DNA of 64,000 bases from Perna viridis (Eukaryota). Location of the stretch: the NCBI GenBank assembly GCA_037379345.1, contig CM074516.1:28830001-28894000 (forward strand), given 5' to 3'. A model generated the notes under the pieces. The model was given only the letters and a program-made list of their open reading frames with translations, did no database searches and was not told where the DNA came from. This document shows positions 25,910 through 40,611 of this stretch, piece after piece (position 1 is the first letter of the stretch; every line of letters begins with the position of its first letter). A program made the position numbers and the translations under genes.

Positions 25910-27898
25910 ATATTGTAGTATTAAAATTTCACGAATTTTTGAAAGTTTTTTTTTCTCTATGATTCCTTACGAATATTTAGCTGATAAATATTCCGTATCT
26001 GTCGCTTCTACCGATCGTCCGTAAATTACATCACCATTCGTTCAATTTAACCAGTCGCTTTCGACGAATTACTTTTTGACAATGCGAGACAATCACACAA
26101 CCCCCAATCAAAGTGTAATTTTTGATATCACTATAGTTAATCATATTGCCCATGTTATGATATGGCAAAATATCTAGCCGTCAAAGAAGTAGACAAGTAG
26201 TACTTTATTACTAAACGACTGTGACCATGTGTACCGTGTGAACATTTTGCAGTATAGAGAAATCAATATAGAAAACGTATCCACATATTAATCTAAACAA
26301 AGAGCAAACGAAAATTATTACGATCTGAAAAAGTATGTGTTTTTGTAAATGAATGACACCATGTCTAAGATTATGCTTGTATGCTTTAGTATTTTGGAAT
26401 TCTAAATACCCTTAGTCCAATCAAACTATAAAATATTGTAATATAGTATTACTGCGTCAAATCGAATTCTATTATGCTAATTTTGTCACTTAAAATGCAA
26501 ATAAATCAAGGACACTGAACATCAAACCCATCTTGAACTTGTAAATTCGCTCTTAAATTCTAGGTATTGGCATGAATTTAATGCATTTCTGTTACACTTA
26601 ATCGTATTCTCAAAACGTCACGACATTGCTAATTTTATACTGAAATATTTCAGTTAAATATACTAGTTATTCCGCAGTTTGTATTAATAATGATTGGTGC
26701 GAACAAATTTACCAGATTGGTAACCGGTTCTCATACCAATAACCCGAAACGAAACTTTTAGCAACCATAAAACTTATTTTTATCTGAAAAATAACGAAAG
26801 ACCGAAACACCCATCCCCTAAGGCAAGTGACAAAGAAACTGTATCGGAAAAAATGGACAGTATCATGAAACGGACGCTGTCGGGTATTTATAAAAGCTGT
26901 ACTAAGAAAACGAATGACTAAACATAAATGATTTTTTTAAACACACATCTTTCTTACTCAAACACCATAATACTATGGTACGAAATAACATCCGAGTCAG
27001 TTAAGAAAACCATATACCATCTTGATGGTCTTACAAGTCTTTAGAGAAATAGATGTATACATATATTGATCAATGCTATAAAATGTTTTTCTATCAAAGA
27101 AGTTCAATACACTATGAATAGTTATCGTTGAATTATGTTACATAAAATGCAAATATGTCAAGAACATTGAACTTCAAATTAGTCTTTGGAGTTGAAGGAT
27201 CTTTTCTAGCAGTTGATGTTGACATACAAAATTTATGCAGTACTTTTCATTATATTTGTTCCATGTCCTTGAACAATCTTGTCTCAAATATCATTGTAAT
27301 TCTCGCTGTCATTTACTTTAAACGAAGATCGACAGCAATTTAGCAACAAGTATTTGCATGGTATTTACATGTTTTTAAGTTGAAAATCCTATAGCTCTTC
27401 GATTCTTGCTTGTCAAATAAGGCGCTAAATATTGAAATGTGTAAAAAGCTCAAGAAAATCGATTCTAGGATTGATTGATATACCGATTTATTTACTACCC
27501 CAAGACGTAAAGACATGCACTAACATATACCCCTTCTTGAAATAACGTCATAATAAAATGGTTTGTTAAATATAACTTTTTAGGCAGCTCTGAAAAAGCG
27601 GGAACGTTAGATTTAAAAATAAACTGAGATGATAAATGTGTAATGAGTCAGGGAGAATTGCAATGTATTTTATAACCAAATCTCTTATGATATTCATCGC
27701 ATTTACGGGTTTATCACAGACTGAAGTATTACAGCTTTCTATGTGTAGGTTTGTAATTTACTAACTAATATCAAATATAAGAAATGATATACATGAAAAT
27801 AGCATTTAAACCGTGTTTTGAAAAGCATAGTCTAAAAGAAGTTACTACAAAGCTTCCTTGTTGGGTTTTTCAATTTAAAACCAAACTTAAACACAAAA

Positions 27899-27957
27899 TC
27901 GACTGAATATAGCTGAAATATTGCTGCTCGGGCGTTAAACCCCAACAATCAATCATT
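27899..27957 (+). mobile_element. Severely 5'-truncated copy (3' tail only) of the 530 bp retroposon
   Basis: CTGAATATAGCTGAAATATTGCTGCTCGGGCGTTAAACCCCAACAATCAATCA, flanked by a 9 bp direct repeat AACACAAAA (27890-27898, 27958-27966). Confidence 0.8.
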
Positions 27958-29104
27958 AACACAAAAGGTTTAGTTCGTCTCCATCTAGAAATCAAATACA
28001 CGTACTTTCCAATCCATACATCGATAAATACTTTTAACAGTAAGGTATGATGTGAACGAACCATCGAATGTATCGATATGAAACATGATTGTCGATGTCA
28101 TGGAAGTTTTTTTTAAATTATCTAGTTCAAATTTAAGCATTGGATTCAATCTTAGACACATGCATATCCATCGTGAGAATAGTTAGGCTGCAAATTTGCT
28201 GACATCAAAATCTCAATAAAAATACCATAACATCAAAAAGGTCAGGACTACTTGACAAGACATATTACACAAGCTACCAATCGACTGACAAGCTATTGGC
28301 AATAATATCTGTAGATATGGTTTTGCTGTGACAAAATTTTACATATTGAAAGATACTGTATCTTCAATATCTGACATGCAGGAAGAATTCCAAATATTAC
28401 ATGCTCTTCTGGTATTATCTAACCCTATCATCTACTAGTGTAACAGAAGCTAAAAAGAAGCTATCTAATGGCAGATGCGTATTGAACCGACGGGTCACGT
28501 TACAATTCCGCTATGATATGGGATATTTAATTTTTATCTACCAATTACAAAAACAATAGAGCCTAATTTTGCAGATATTCCGATACAGTTGTTTTATATA
28601 CACTACTTATATAGTAAACATAAGACGATAAGAGTAATAATAGCAAAATTTATTCGGCAGAGTAGTTCAAAATAATAACTATAAAATGATCAACCAAAAA
28701 CAATAAAAAGTATAAAATAACATACATATGTTCACTTCACGTCAAATATAGCAGTCACGTGATATATATCGGTTATCCATTTTTTGTCATTTGTCAAAAT
28801 ATAAACAAACAGTAATACAAGTCCATAGATTTTGACTGATTTCTTGTTTTCACGTTACTTTTGTTTTCCATGCAACAGTCGCCATGGCCATGGAAGTTCG
28901 TATAATTAGAAAGTCCGTATGTTACCCAGTAACGCATTTGGATTGTAGTTTATACCCAACCATAATTATAAGTGATAATTATCATGTTTGAAAAGTTACG
29001 AGGATATCTTCATATTTTTTTGTGTTCAGTAAAATTTCATAATGAAATAAAAATGATACATTATACCGTTTGTATCGAGTTTTTTTTCTTATATTAGTCA
29101 GGTC

Positions 29105-29308
29105 AGTTGATTGGTTGATTTTGATTAAACGTCCTCTGGCCGATATCAGATATTTAATGCATTTTAGGTTTGACTAGGAACTTTTGACCAATCGAACAAA
29201 CATTGCTTTGTACTACAGACTGGCACATTTAGCTGGATCATTATTGTGCTAGCTGACAGCGGCAACGAACGCAGAAAAGCGTGTCCTCTTACTCAGACAC
29301 ATTATTTA
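29105..29308 (-). mobile_element. Old SINE fragment (molluscan type)
   Basis: Minus strand ends GGACGTTTAATCAAAATCAACCAATCAA, a LINE-type tail resembling the tail of the 530 bp element. The internal segment resembles molluscan SINE bodies as recalled, not database-checked. Confidence 0.4.
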
Positions 29309-32300
29309 TTTTTAATAAATCATAATGAAATTTCATTAACGATGACTGTATAATGTTTTATTTAGTCAGAAGATGATGCTGTATAATTTCTTTATCATTG
29401 TTTCTGACAAATTCATTTCGTTTGATAATATATCTTATCATTAAATTATATGAACATTTCAACACCCATTTCTTTCTGAAAGACTCATTTATTATGACTA
29501 TAACGGAACTTTGCTACATTATATATACCGAGATATAAATAGTTTTAACTGACTAACCACCAACTTATTCACATAGTTTTTACAGCGATCACAACCCGTA
29601 TCTTCTGCTGTAAATCAATACAATAAATTACAATAAATCCTTTTCACTGGCACTGATTTGCTGCTGTTGTTTATGCATACCAAGTTAGGTGTGTTGATCA
29701 TTGCTTTTCCATGTCAATATCCGAGTATTGTTTCCTTAAATTGATATTTTTAAATGTGTATGAACTACATCCGACTGACAAAATTTGCAAAATTATTGGA
29801 GTACACTACAATCTACAAACATGCAGAAAATGCAAATACAATATTTTTTGTAATGTGAAGAAAATATGATACCCTACATTTGTGGATCTCGATTATATAT
29901 ATTAGCATACTCCCATTAACATGTAATGTATATAGAGATAGTAATAAAAATGACGTTTCATATCATCAGCATATGTAGTGTTTTGGTATAAAATGGGGAA
30001 AAAATCCTTCGATGGATACAACATATATTTACTTTGACTTTAAGTACGGGTTACATAATGTTAAACTAAATGAGAAATGTAAGTAATAATAATTTGAAAG
30101 AGAAAGGAAATATAAGTTAGAAATAAAGAACATTAAAAAACACACGCATATTAGTAACTTAAACAATTAAGCATATACTAAGAGTTAAATTGAAAATGTA
30201 TCGATACTCTTACTTCGTAATACACACAAAAACAAGAAGATAAAAAGGTAAGTTCACAATTAAAACGGAACCGAGAGTTTTATCCCAATGTACAGTAACG
30301 GAAAACGTTTTCACTTTGTTTCAAAATTGTTTGAAGAAACACCCAACTAGGCTGCTTGAATTGTCATTTAATGGGCATAAAATCATTAACTATCGGACAT
30401 AAACTATCGCCATGGTGCAGAAGAACGAGCACTGACGACTCATTTAGTAAGTATCTTATGTAAAATATAATATCATATTGCATTTATGATCATTTAAGTT
30501 TCATTCATTATAACATAATATTGAATATTCAGAGTAGCAAATAAGATTTCACTAGATCATTGGGGTTAAAGTCTCGAAAACTAATGTGTAATTGCATGAT
30601 ATTAAGGGTGATAGACACACAGAATAAGCAAGAAAATAGAGGTAAAAACAACTAACAACACATAATAGTAAAACACAACAGTTAAAAATAGATAAAAAAC
30701 CATTACATACTGCATTGACCATATCCACTGATAGGATTTGAGTTCTTTATATATCTTTTGATTTGTTCTTGTATGCCATGATAGTAAGCTATGACGTAGC
30801 AATGCTATTTGCTGTTATGACGTCTTACTAACGATCAACTTTACACTTACGACTTTTTGTGAAATTGATGCAAGAGGACTATGATGAATGAAATGATGGA
30901 TATAAAGCCAACCATACCGGTCGTCAAATTAATGCTGATTTGAATATATAGCGACAAACCTTAAGTGCATGGTACCTTGGTAAGCTCTTCAATAACGCGT
31001 AAGGAGAGAGTATTTACAGCTACTACAACACATAAAGGGACAAAATAAACGTTAGAACATACAAAACGAAATTGACGACAAAAAGAGTCATTAGTTCTTA
31101 CGTCTGTCGACGGTTTCTTTGATAAGTTTTTCTCCTTTGTCGATTTTTGGTATATTTCGACTCCGTCATCGACAAACCAACATTGTTAAATTTAAACAAC
31201 TGATTAATATAAAATGTCATTTTATTTTGATATGGAAGGATTTGGGTTGTTATATAACAAACAGAAAAAGATCGAAAAAGATACAATTTCTAAACTAATG
31301 TCCAAAAGTTCGGTAACTAGTGTAACTGATGAAGGTTGAATAAGAAAACAGTTACGGAAAATAAAATATAAAATTATAACACAAATTGTAGAACCGTGGG
31401 TGCGGTCTTTCCGACATTTTTTACACTTCTTAATATATAAAATATATGAAAATAATATGACTACATAACGTTTTTGTACGTTAGTAGATGCAATAATATC
31501 CAACGATTAATGTAAGTTTTCGTACATCTCTGGAATTCTTCCTTTATTCAAATCAAAACGCATGCTAATACTTAATTTAAGATGACTTACACACACACAC
31601 ACACATTCTTGAAACTCAATTTCAAAAGGTTTTTTTGTTTGTTTAGGGAAACTTATCTTTCAATTCTTTTGGTTGTGTTCGTAATTAAAGCGATATTGTG
31701 TATCATTTGAAATTAACTGAGTGTTTTTTTTTCTTGAATAAAATATGCATTATGTAACTACTGAAATTAAATGTATCATCTTGAAGATATATTGTCCAGA
31801 CCATCCTGCATTTTAATCTTAGTTTTGTGAACAGAAGTTGATTTCACATTTTCATAAAACTTAAAGTTGAATAAAAAGAATGAGATACACAGATGGTATC
31901 GAGTAATATTCAGCCACACCATTAACCTGGAAAACTACAATGCTTTATATACCCTTATATTTATATCTCCGTTGACTAACTACTTTTAATCATAAGTTTC
32001 ATAATAATATGAAACATCTGTACATGAGTTTTCAGGTAGAAAACAAACCAATCAATAACTATCTCTATGAGGAATTCAGGATTACTACGTTAGTAATACG
32101 ATATTTATAGTAAGACTAACGATTTATTGTCAATTGGAAACACGGGTACGTCTGGGCAGGAACCTTTAAATGCTTTTGATTTGTTGTTTTATGGATAGTT
32201 CCGTTTTGCATCATTTAAAGGATCAGATGATTGTCTATTATCTTCCACGTATTAGGTCAATTATAGGAAACATTCCTTCACTTTCTGAAGGTCGTTTCCT

Positions 32301-33667
32301 TTCATGGGATGTTATGACAATAAACAATAGACTTGGGACATGCAAGAGTCAATACATAAACGTTACATCAATCATTGATAAGGATGTCATGACTTTGTTC
32401 TTTATGATTGATTGCATTTTAGCTCTCAGGTAATTTTGGCATTGGTCGATTGATTCATCATATAAGAACTGCCGTTTTAAATGGAAGTTTGAAACGGTAT
32501 ATGTATTGAAATGTTTCATTGTATAAAGTATTGATGGTATGTAGTGAGTTAATGTCTTTAACGTAAATAGAATTCAAACATTAACGTCCAACATCCTATA
32601 TTTAGGTGAATTATTGGAGACTGAAGAATATTGTCTATATTGGTTTCTCGAAGGTTGTCTTCGTTGTTGAATTATTCAAAATAATAAGAATTGCTATAGT
32701 GATTGAGCCTTTAATTTTATTGTTTTATGAATGAATTATTTAAACTAATAAGACTCGTAATGGTGATTGAGCGATTAACTTTGCTTTAAACCGAATCGCG
32801 AAAAAAAACATGGAATGTCAAGGATAATTCTTTTTATCAGAAGAAGGAGACAAAATCATGAAAAACAATAACCGAATTTTTTTTTTTTGAAAATGAAAAC
32901 ACAAAATAATGAACTCACACTGCTACTCAAGTGTTAGTGTTAAATACATTATGCTTTCTTTAGTAGACAAAATATTTGGTATGAGTGAAATCGAAGAAAT
33001 CGGAGATCCATTTAATAACGTTGATCATACCTTACTCTCCGTGTAATGTTATTAATTTACGTCTAGATGCACTGATAGACGAAACGTGTAAATAGTGAAT
33101 TTAAATGAATCGAATAATCATTTTACAATACGAACTATTTGTCAGACGTATATAATTAGTGTTATTCTTATCAAAGTTACTTTACAAACTCATCTTAGTG
33201 TCAAGTAAAGACTTTTTAGCGGAACAAATGTGAATCATTAAGAGTTGCTTTTCAGTGTATTCACGATTTCTATTTAATATGTATCAGTCTCGTATAAAAA
33301 AAATAACTTATTGAAATACATTTATCAAAACAAAAAATAAAAAAAATCAAAGAAACGAACACATGTATTCTGTTCAGTAAATCCGAGCAGAGAGACATAA
33401 GTCTATTAAATTAATTAACAACTAGGCTGATTATTTCAAATGATTTTTACACGAGTTTTACATGATTTCCTCCTAATAAATCGAGCAAACATTTTTTTTT
33501 TATGACGGACATAAGAAATTCACACGAAAGTCACATATGTCAAGCTTCATTTGAATATCATGCGAACTGCTTATGTCTGTGAAGCTTTGAACTTCTAAAT
33601 TTCGCAACCAACAAGAAGCATCATTTCTGCCGTTATTATGTTAAACAGGTACAATTGTAGATACAAT

Positions 33668-34048
33668 TTATGTAGCACTCCACTTAAGAATCGTGCAAAG
33701 AGTGATTCATGGTTGGATATTTTGTTTAAAATATCATAGTAAACAGGAAGTAACATGTGTTTTTTTCCATAAAACCCATGTTCATAGGAGATAAATATTA
33801 TATAGAATGCACTGTAGATTTCAAAATTAAGGGAGATAACTCTGTAAATGACACTCAAATACAATAGAATCTATTGGATTTTTAATGGTGATCATCTCCT
33901 AAGAGCAGCAGATATGAATGAATAATTACACACTTCACGATATAGACCCATAAAACAACTTAATTATAAAAATAAAAATATGAAGTCTTTTTTGGGGTTG
34001 ATCACACTTTTCAGATTTTGCATGATTCCTACAAAGACTGCTACTTAA
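33668..34048 (-). mobile_element. TTAA-bounded MITE, copy B (inverted relative to copy A)
   Basis: The reverse complement aligns end to end with 16788-17177 (shared AATCATGCAAAATCTGAAAA...AATCCAATAGATTCT...GAGTGTCATTTACAGAGTTA). Confidence 0.75.
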
Positions 34049-34689
34049 TAACATCCCTGGTTGAGAAAATGAGTTGATGTATAAATAGAAAACTAAAAAA
34101 GAAGTTATCACAAATCGTTTTGATGTGATGACATTAAACACATTTCTTTTATTAAAAATTGTACCCAAAAATGAACGTAAACTGAAGATGTATTGAAATA
34201 AAAAAAAGCCTTATATCATTTTGAAATATAGCGTTCACGAGATCACAAATACAGTTTTATACCTCATGTATCTCAAAGTTCCTCTGGATAATTGTATTTT
34301 GCTCAAAAATGTTTAAACGTATACTTTGTCTTATGATATATAAACGTTTTTGACATTTTTTCTGAGAAGTTATAGGACTGGTGAAGAGATATCGCTTGGG
34401 GTCAAACAAATTATTCATGTACATCCATATCATTATCAATAATATTCCATGAGTATGGTTAATACCAATATCTAAAAAAATATTATGTTGACTGTACTTG
34501 CTCATTCTAATTCTTACCATTCAAAATGTACGCGTAGCCAGTACACTTATACGGGAGTTGCACCTGAATGCAGTGTGAATGATTTAAAATAAGATATGGC
34601 ATGACAGGACAAATGGTAGAATCGTGATGTTCGCGTTTAATTCCCAAGACAAAATGAAAGTACGATGAGTCAATATTTTTGTGTATCGT

Positions 34690-35460
34690 ATATTTAGATT
34701 AAAATATAAGTTTTTTTGTATATGCATTATTAGGGATTGTCTATATCATTTACCCAGTATCACATGTCCTAGACCTATATCGCATACTCAGTATCACATG
34801 TGCTAGACCTATATCGCATACCCAGTATCAAATGTCCTTGACCTATATCGCATACCCAGTATCAAATGTCCTTGACCTATATCGCATACCCAATATCACA
34901 CCTCTAGACCTATCCATCTTAAATCATTATTTAGATTAAAATATACATTTTAGGTACATGTATTACAAGAGAATGTTTAAATCCAATATAGTTTATCCTT
35001 GGGCAAACCTCTAGATCTACATCGCATCCCTTCACGGACCACATTTGAAGTATAGTTAAAATATATGATATAATGAACACGACATTGTATAACATCTGTA
35101 TAACATTCTATATCATATATTTAGATTAAAATATACGTTTTTTTTTGTATATGCATTATAAGTTATTTTTTAAGTCCGATATCATTTACCCTATACCACA
35201 CTTCTAGACCTATATTGCATACTTTATATCACACCTCTAGACCGATATAGCATACCCTATATCACAACACTTGACCTTAATTGCATATCCTATATCATAT
35301 CCTTTAACGGACCATATTTGAGGTTCAGTAAAAATATATATATAATGAACAGGACATGTCAAAATCTGTCCTACATACGGTATCAACCCTCGACCTATAC
35401 ATTGTATCACTTCGCCAGCCGGTTGCTCTACGGGTTATATAGGAATCTCGGGTTGATACC
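34690..35460. repeat. Compound repeat: ~190-240 bp blocks with nested 34 bp tandem units, ending in a hairpin
   Basis: TATTTAGATTAAAATATA recurs at 34691, 34928 and 35118. The 34 bp unit ACCCAGTATCACATGTCCTAGACCTATATCGCAT occurs ~4.7 times at 34752-34914 with degenerate copies at 35180-35300. GGTATCAACCC/GGGTTGATACC inverted repeat at 35379-35460. Confidence 0.75.
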
Positions 35461-35569
35461 ACATGTGATTAAAATTTCAACATGTAATATTCAAAATGTC
35501 TCATTTTCCCCTTCTACAAAACATGATGAGAATTAATGATTATCCACGTCATTGACCCTTTAAGTATGA

Positions 35570-35685
35570 ATCCGAGTTGTCTCGCCCTAATTCCGGTTCG
35601 CACCTGAGTGGTTTCGCCCTACTACCGGTTCGCCCAGGGTGGTTTCGCCCTAAATCTTGTTCGCCCTGGGTGGTTACGCCCTGAT
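35570..35685. repeat. 15 bp-periodic TTCGCCC array (subterminal repeats of a non-autonomous DNA element, possibly extending to ~36438)
   Basis: Seven (T)TCGCCC-like motifs at ~15 bp spacing. A reverse-complement-like motif GCGAAACCACACGATACC lies at 36421-36438. Confidence 0.6.
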
Positions 35686-35959
35686 TTTTGTATATCAATA
35701 TAAAATAGTGAAATAAACTAAGTCAAATGTAAAACTGCACAACCAATCAATATCTACCAAATAATGTCTTGTTTTTTTTGTTTGTTTGTTTTTTGTTCTA
35801 TTGCTGTTTTTTTTATATTTTGGTTTAATTGTCTTTTTTAGTCTTTTTTTTGTTGTTGTTGTTTTTTGTTGAACTCTTTATATGTTTTTACCCTTATAAT
35901 TCATCAATTAATAAACTGTTGCTGAAGTCTTTCCTAGTTTTCTTTGAATGTGTAGCAGC

Positions 35960-35961
<2 letters not shown>

Positions 35962-36037
<76 letters not shown>
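35962..36037. repeat. (TA)38 microsatellite
   Basis: Uninterrupted 76 bp TA run; source of the YIYIYI ORFs. Confidence 0.98.
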
Positions 36038-36038
<1 letters not shown>

Positions 36039-36929
36039 TTGTTGTCTTCAGTTGGAGAAATACAGATAAAAAGAAATTGAAACCACTTATTAATTTTAAA
36101 ATTAGGTTGGCGCGACATGCCAAAATCACAAAACATACATCGGAATAAAGTTGTTAGTTATTTTCTACTGTTAATCCTTTTCATTTCATTAAGAATTATA
36201 TATACTTGTTGTCTTCAGTTGGACTGGTACTTGGTAATTGCATACAAATGACAAAACAAAAGCTTTGATTTATTTATGTTTAAGTATATTTATCAATATG
36301 TATTATACAACATAAATCAGGCAAATACATCAGATAAGCATGATAAAACAGATTGTAATCAAAATAAAGTTTTAATGAATAATAACATAAGAAAAAAATA
36401 ACAACAATAACAATAGCCCTGCGAAACCACACGATACCTTTAAATATCAGAGTCGCGGTTCAGAATTACCTGCCAATAAATGATTGAAATTGTTACCTTC
36501 AATTCAAGGTATTTTTATTGATGGTATTGATTTGAAACAATACGACGAGAAATTTTAATTAACTAATACAAATAATACCCGATCAGTTGATACGGCTGTA
36601 GAATTCTGTTTGTTCTAAATGACTTGTTTGGTTAAAGCGAAATGTAATTGAAATAAGTACAGTATCTGATGAATAGGATAAAATATATGACAGAATATAA
36701 GAATATATAAGAAAAACTACCAAAGCTTCAAAAGGACAATACAGAGACACCAGCATCCAAAGGAGAATGTAAACAACATAATAAAAGATTAATCAAGGAA
36801 ACTAAGATTCTAGCCGAAACCAAAGAAGGTAATCCAGGGACAAACACCAGTCATGGAAAACAGACAAACACAACAAAAAACATAAAATAACTAAAACAAT
36901 ACATACAAAGTAACAAAAATAAATGATAA

Positions 36930-37300
36930 ACTCGGACTTCACCTACAACGGGAACATGGACCAGGTGCACCGGTAGGGTAAGCGTCCTCTGCTGTTCTAG
37001 AAACACCCGCAAAGCTGCTCATAAATAGTCAAGTCAGGGGTAGACGACATAGGAAAGGAAAACTATGAAACGTAAAACAAATTAGTTTTCATGGTGCAGA
37101 TGGATACAACGTAACGATCATCAAGTTCATGATAAAGTTACAAATACAAATACATTTAAAAACAGAAAATAAGGAAGACAAGACAGTACACAAAAAATGA
37201 AGCACTTGCGTTTCGAACTTCCGTTAACAAACAGGAGTGACATCATATACTCCGGAAGGGTAAGCATGTCCTGATCTTTAAGCGGCACCTTTTGCGTTGC
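36930..37300 (-). mobile_element. Two fragments of an interspersed repeat with a CCGG(A/T)AGGGTAAGC core
   Basis: GGTGCACCGGTAGGGTAAGCGTCC (~36964) and TACTCCGGAAGGGTAAGCATGTCC (~37248). A third, opposite-strand copy CTTGCCCTACCGGAACACC lies near 16640. Family not assigned. Confidence 0.55.
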
Positions 37301-39766
37301 AAATGTTAACAAAAAAGGAATTGCAGATCCTGAAATACAAATAACAAAGCTCATGAGTTTGATACATCAACTCTGTGGGCTAAGATTTAAAATAGAACAA
37401 CTCTAATGTCCACAATACAAGATAAAATACAAACAAATCAGATGAAATATAACTCATCTGGGAACTGAAACTATGTTCAAAACTATCGAACAGTCTTTGT
37501 TACAAAATTTCAAATATGAATAACAACTCTCGTATGCTTTTAATCTGAGACATAAAAATCCCATCCATCATATAATTGCAAAAACATATTTTAAAATGTG
37601 AAACCGAAAAGTCTTAGACGTTAGGGAATCGCATCTCGACTTGATACACTAAATTCTGAAGTACATTTTTGTTTTATTTTATTTTGTCCCACAGCTATTT
37701 TTTCTGTACCTGGTAGAAACAAAATATGTTTGAAAATTTACTTATCTATTAACACAGAGGTCATGGGTACAGAAACAGTGAATATGGGTCGAATAAATTA
37801 GACTGATATATTTGTATAACGCATTTTGAGAAAGGTTATTAGCAACAGTCTTTTTTAGTTAAAATATGTGTACCTAAAACATTTCCCGATGAGCAATTTG
37901 TACTTGCTCAAACTTATTTCAACCACTAAGTAATTAATTTTTCTTTCGGATGTCTCTGTGTTGATTTTAAAGTACCTCGAAACGAAGTATTGCCACGTGT
38001 AAATCTCCCCTTAGACTCCAAGTTATATAAATAATCTGATTTCTGGGGTGTTAATAGGTGTTTGAAAACACTTAAGTCTGTGTCAAATTGTCAGCAAACA
38101 ACATGTACATGCACCTTTCTTTCGCAATAAACACACACGTGGTGCGATTATTATGAACATTTAAACAGTAAAACAATAGGAAAAGTGGAGCACAATAAAA
38201 TCCCAAAAAAATTATTTCACACTGATGATAACCATTGGTAACGAAATTACGCTTGATATGTACCAAAAAACAGAAAGCTAAAACTAAGAGAGCCACTCCG
38301 ATAAGAAAATTAAATAAAGAAATTCAGTAGTGTCGCGCTCTTGCGAAAGAATAAGTAAAACTTGTTTTCATAGTAGTAAAGCATAGTTAAGCTCGAGACA
38401 TATAAAAATCTAAAACTATATTGTCCATTATAAAGTACTGTTTGTAGAACCAACAACAGCCACAAAAAGAAAGGAAAAAAAACAAACAAACAAACCAACT
38501 TAAATTGAGTGCATAGAGATTAAACAAGGGAATTTGTACGTCTTGAAACAAGATCAAAAACATCAGTTACAAAGCAACATATTAACATAACCAAAATGTT
38601 AAAATGGCAATGCTAATATGAAAATAGTGATACATGTAGATGGATCATAGCATTTTACGAATATCCAAGTAAGATTTTGTTTCGGATTTAGATTTGACCT
38701 TTTATTTTTTTTTTAATCTGTTCAAGTTTTAATTCGCTAATTCTATTACTGGTGGTGTTGAGTTGTCGGGTTACATGTCTACGTGGAAATTTTCCTAAAC
38801 TAACTTGAATTTTTAGAGAAAAGCAGCACCTGGAAATGTGTCATAATCTACCTTGTTTACATCTTTAGTTGCGGATGATTTACACCTAGCCGTTAAGGCA
38901 AACTATTTCAGGAAAATACCTTTCTAACAATATCACAAAAACCGATATTATTAACGCTTTGGAAAGGGTACCAGTGTGTTGGAAACAAAGGTGCTAGTTT
39001 ATCATGTGTAAAAGAAGAAACTTCAGGTGAATGTAATTAAATGACCTTGGAAAAGTGACAGATTTTCTACAATGCTCATTTTCATACAAAGATATGGAGT
39101 TGAGGTCGTCCAGAGTGTTTATTGCTATATGTATATTTACTCACGCTTGGGCATATCATTTGAAATGTATAAGTTTGCATTTCATATAACACCTCTTAAC
39201 TACGTGTATTTTTTCTGTCACTTTTTTGTGTTAAAAATTGCATGAATACTTACAGTCGTTGAGAGTAAATTGAAAATTCAGAATTAAGTAGCTGTTGACG
39301 TCTAATAATGGGTTCGGAGTGAATTTTAAAATTCAATCTTTTTCTAGCGTGAGATCAAAGTAGTAACTCATTCGTACTTATAACATTAAAAATGACATCG
39401 GTCCATAAGTAGACTGGTCTAAACCTTCAAGTGAAACAAAGAAGGACCGTCTGTCGTTTAAAATCAATTAAATTAAGTAATGTGAAATTTCAATTATAAC
39501 AGATTCAACAAAAGAATTAAATTTCGATATGGCCGAATTCAAATAATTACAATTTATATGACTTGTTAAAAATAGGTTTATTTTGAATAAACATTTTACA
39601 TGACGAGGTATTTTTGAAAACAGAAATATATTTATATGCATTTTCATTTAAATCACCTTTTGGCGATAATATACTAAACCAACATCGTACTATGGTAAAT
39701 GTACTATTAACGATCTTTCTCAAGCTACATTGTAAGGAGTTCTAACTCTCTCATGTAAATCCAAAA

Positions 39767-39990
39767 GCGTAACAGTCCAAATATTAACCTATTGCCCGAT
39801 GCAAATGTATCTATATGCGTAACAGTCCTTTTACTTAATCATTCTCTTGTGGAATTATTCCAAAATGCCTAACAGTCCATCACTTAACCATTACCTAGTG
39901 AAATTTCACCCAAATGTATAAAAGTCCCAATACTTGTCCATTACCGATGACGTTTATCGAATGCAAAACAGTCCCATTACTTACCGATTA
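39767..39990. repeat. Degenerate ~50 bp tandem repeat, ~5 copies
   Basis: Recurring (GCGT)AACAGTCC...ACTTAA(C/T)CATT at ~39767, 39817, 39867, 39916 and 39963. Confidence 0.6.
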
Positions 39991-40611
39991 AAAATTCACC
40001 AAAATATGCAGTATTTTCATTTCTTACTCTAAACATGTACTTGATGGAACTTTCATTCTTATTTTACTGGATTACCAGCTATCAAGATTACTGTTATTTT
40101 ATTTCATTAGAATATCACTTCTGTAAAAATGAACATTTAGGACAGAAGTCACACACATAAGATTAAATTGATGATAAACATACATGTATATACATGTAGT
40201 GCTTGTCATTATTGTGGTCTTTTAACCTCAGAGATATATTAATTTGCTTATGGCTGCAAAAATGATAAATATTCATTTATTCAAAATTTCTAAATTGTCA
40301 TAACTTTAAATCCTTTCTATTTCTGTTTCCACTCAATTCTTACACTTTGTTTTACATCGACAAATAGCCTTTCGTGGAAAAAAATGCAGATGTATTTACA
40401 CTTGCTGACTCACATATGATCATATCCCATTAAACAGATTATGGATTTTCCACCGAACTGGACCATATATTAGCAAAAAATACTTAATTCGTCTACTAAT
40501 GACCACATTTATTCTTGTTAAGTATTACGAATGTATCCACTTCAATGGAGCTGAAAAATGGATGCTTTGTGAGTGTTGCACACCAATAACGTTGACTTTG
40601 ACTTGTTGACG

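Noticed and set aside
35829-36148. ORFs with YIYIYI runs
   Set aside because: Translation of the (TA)38 microsatellite.
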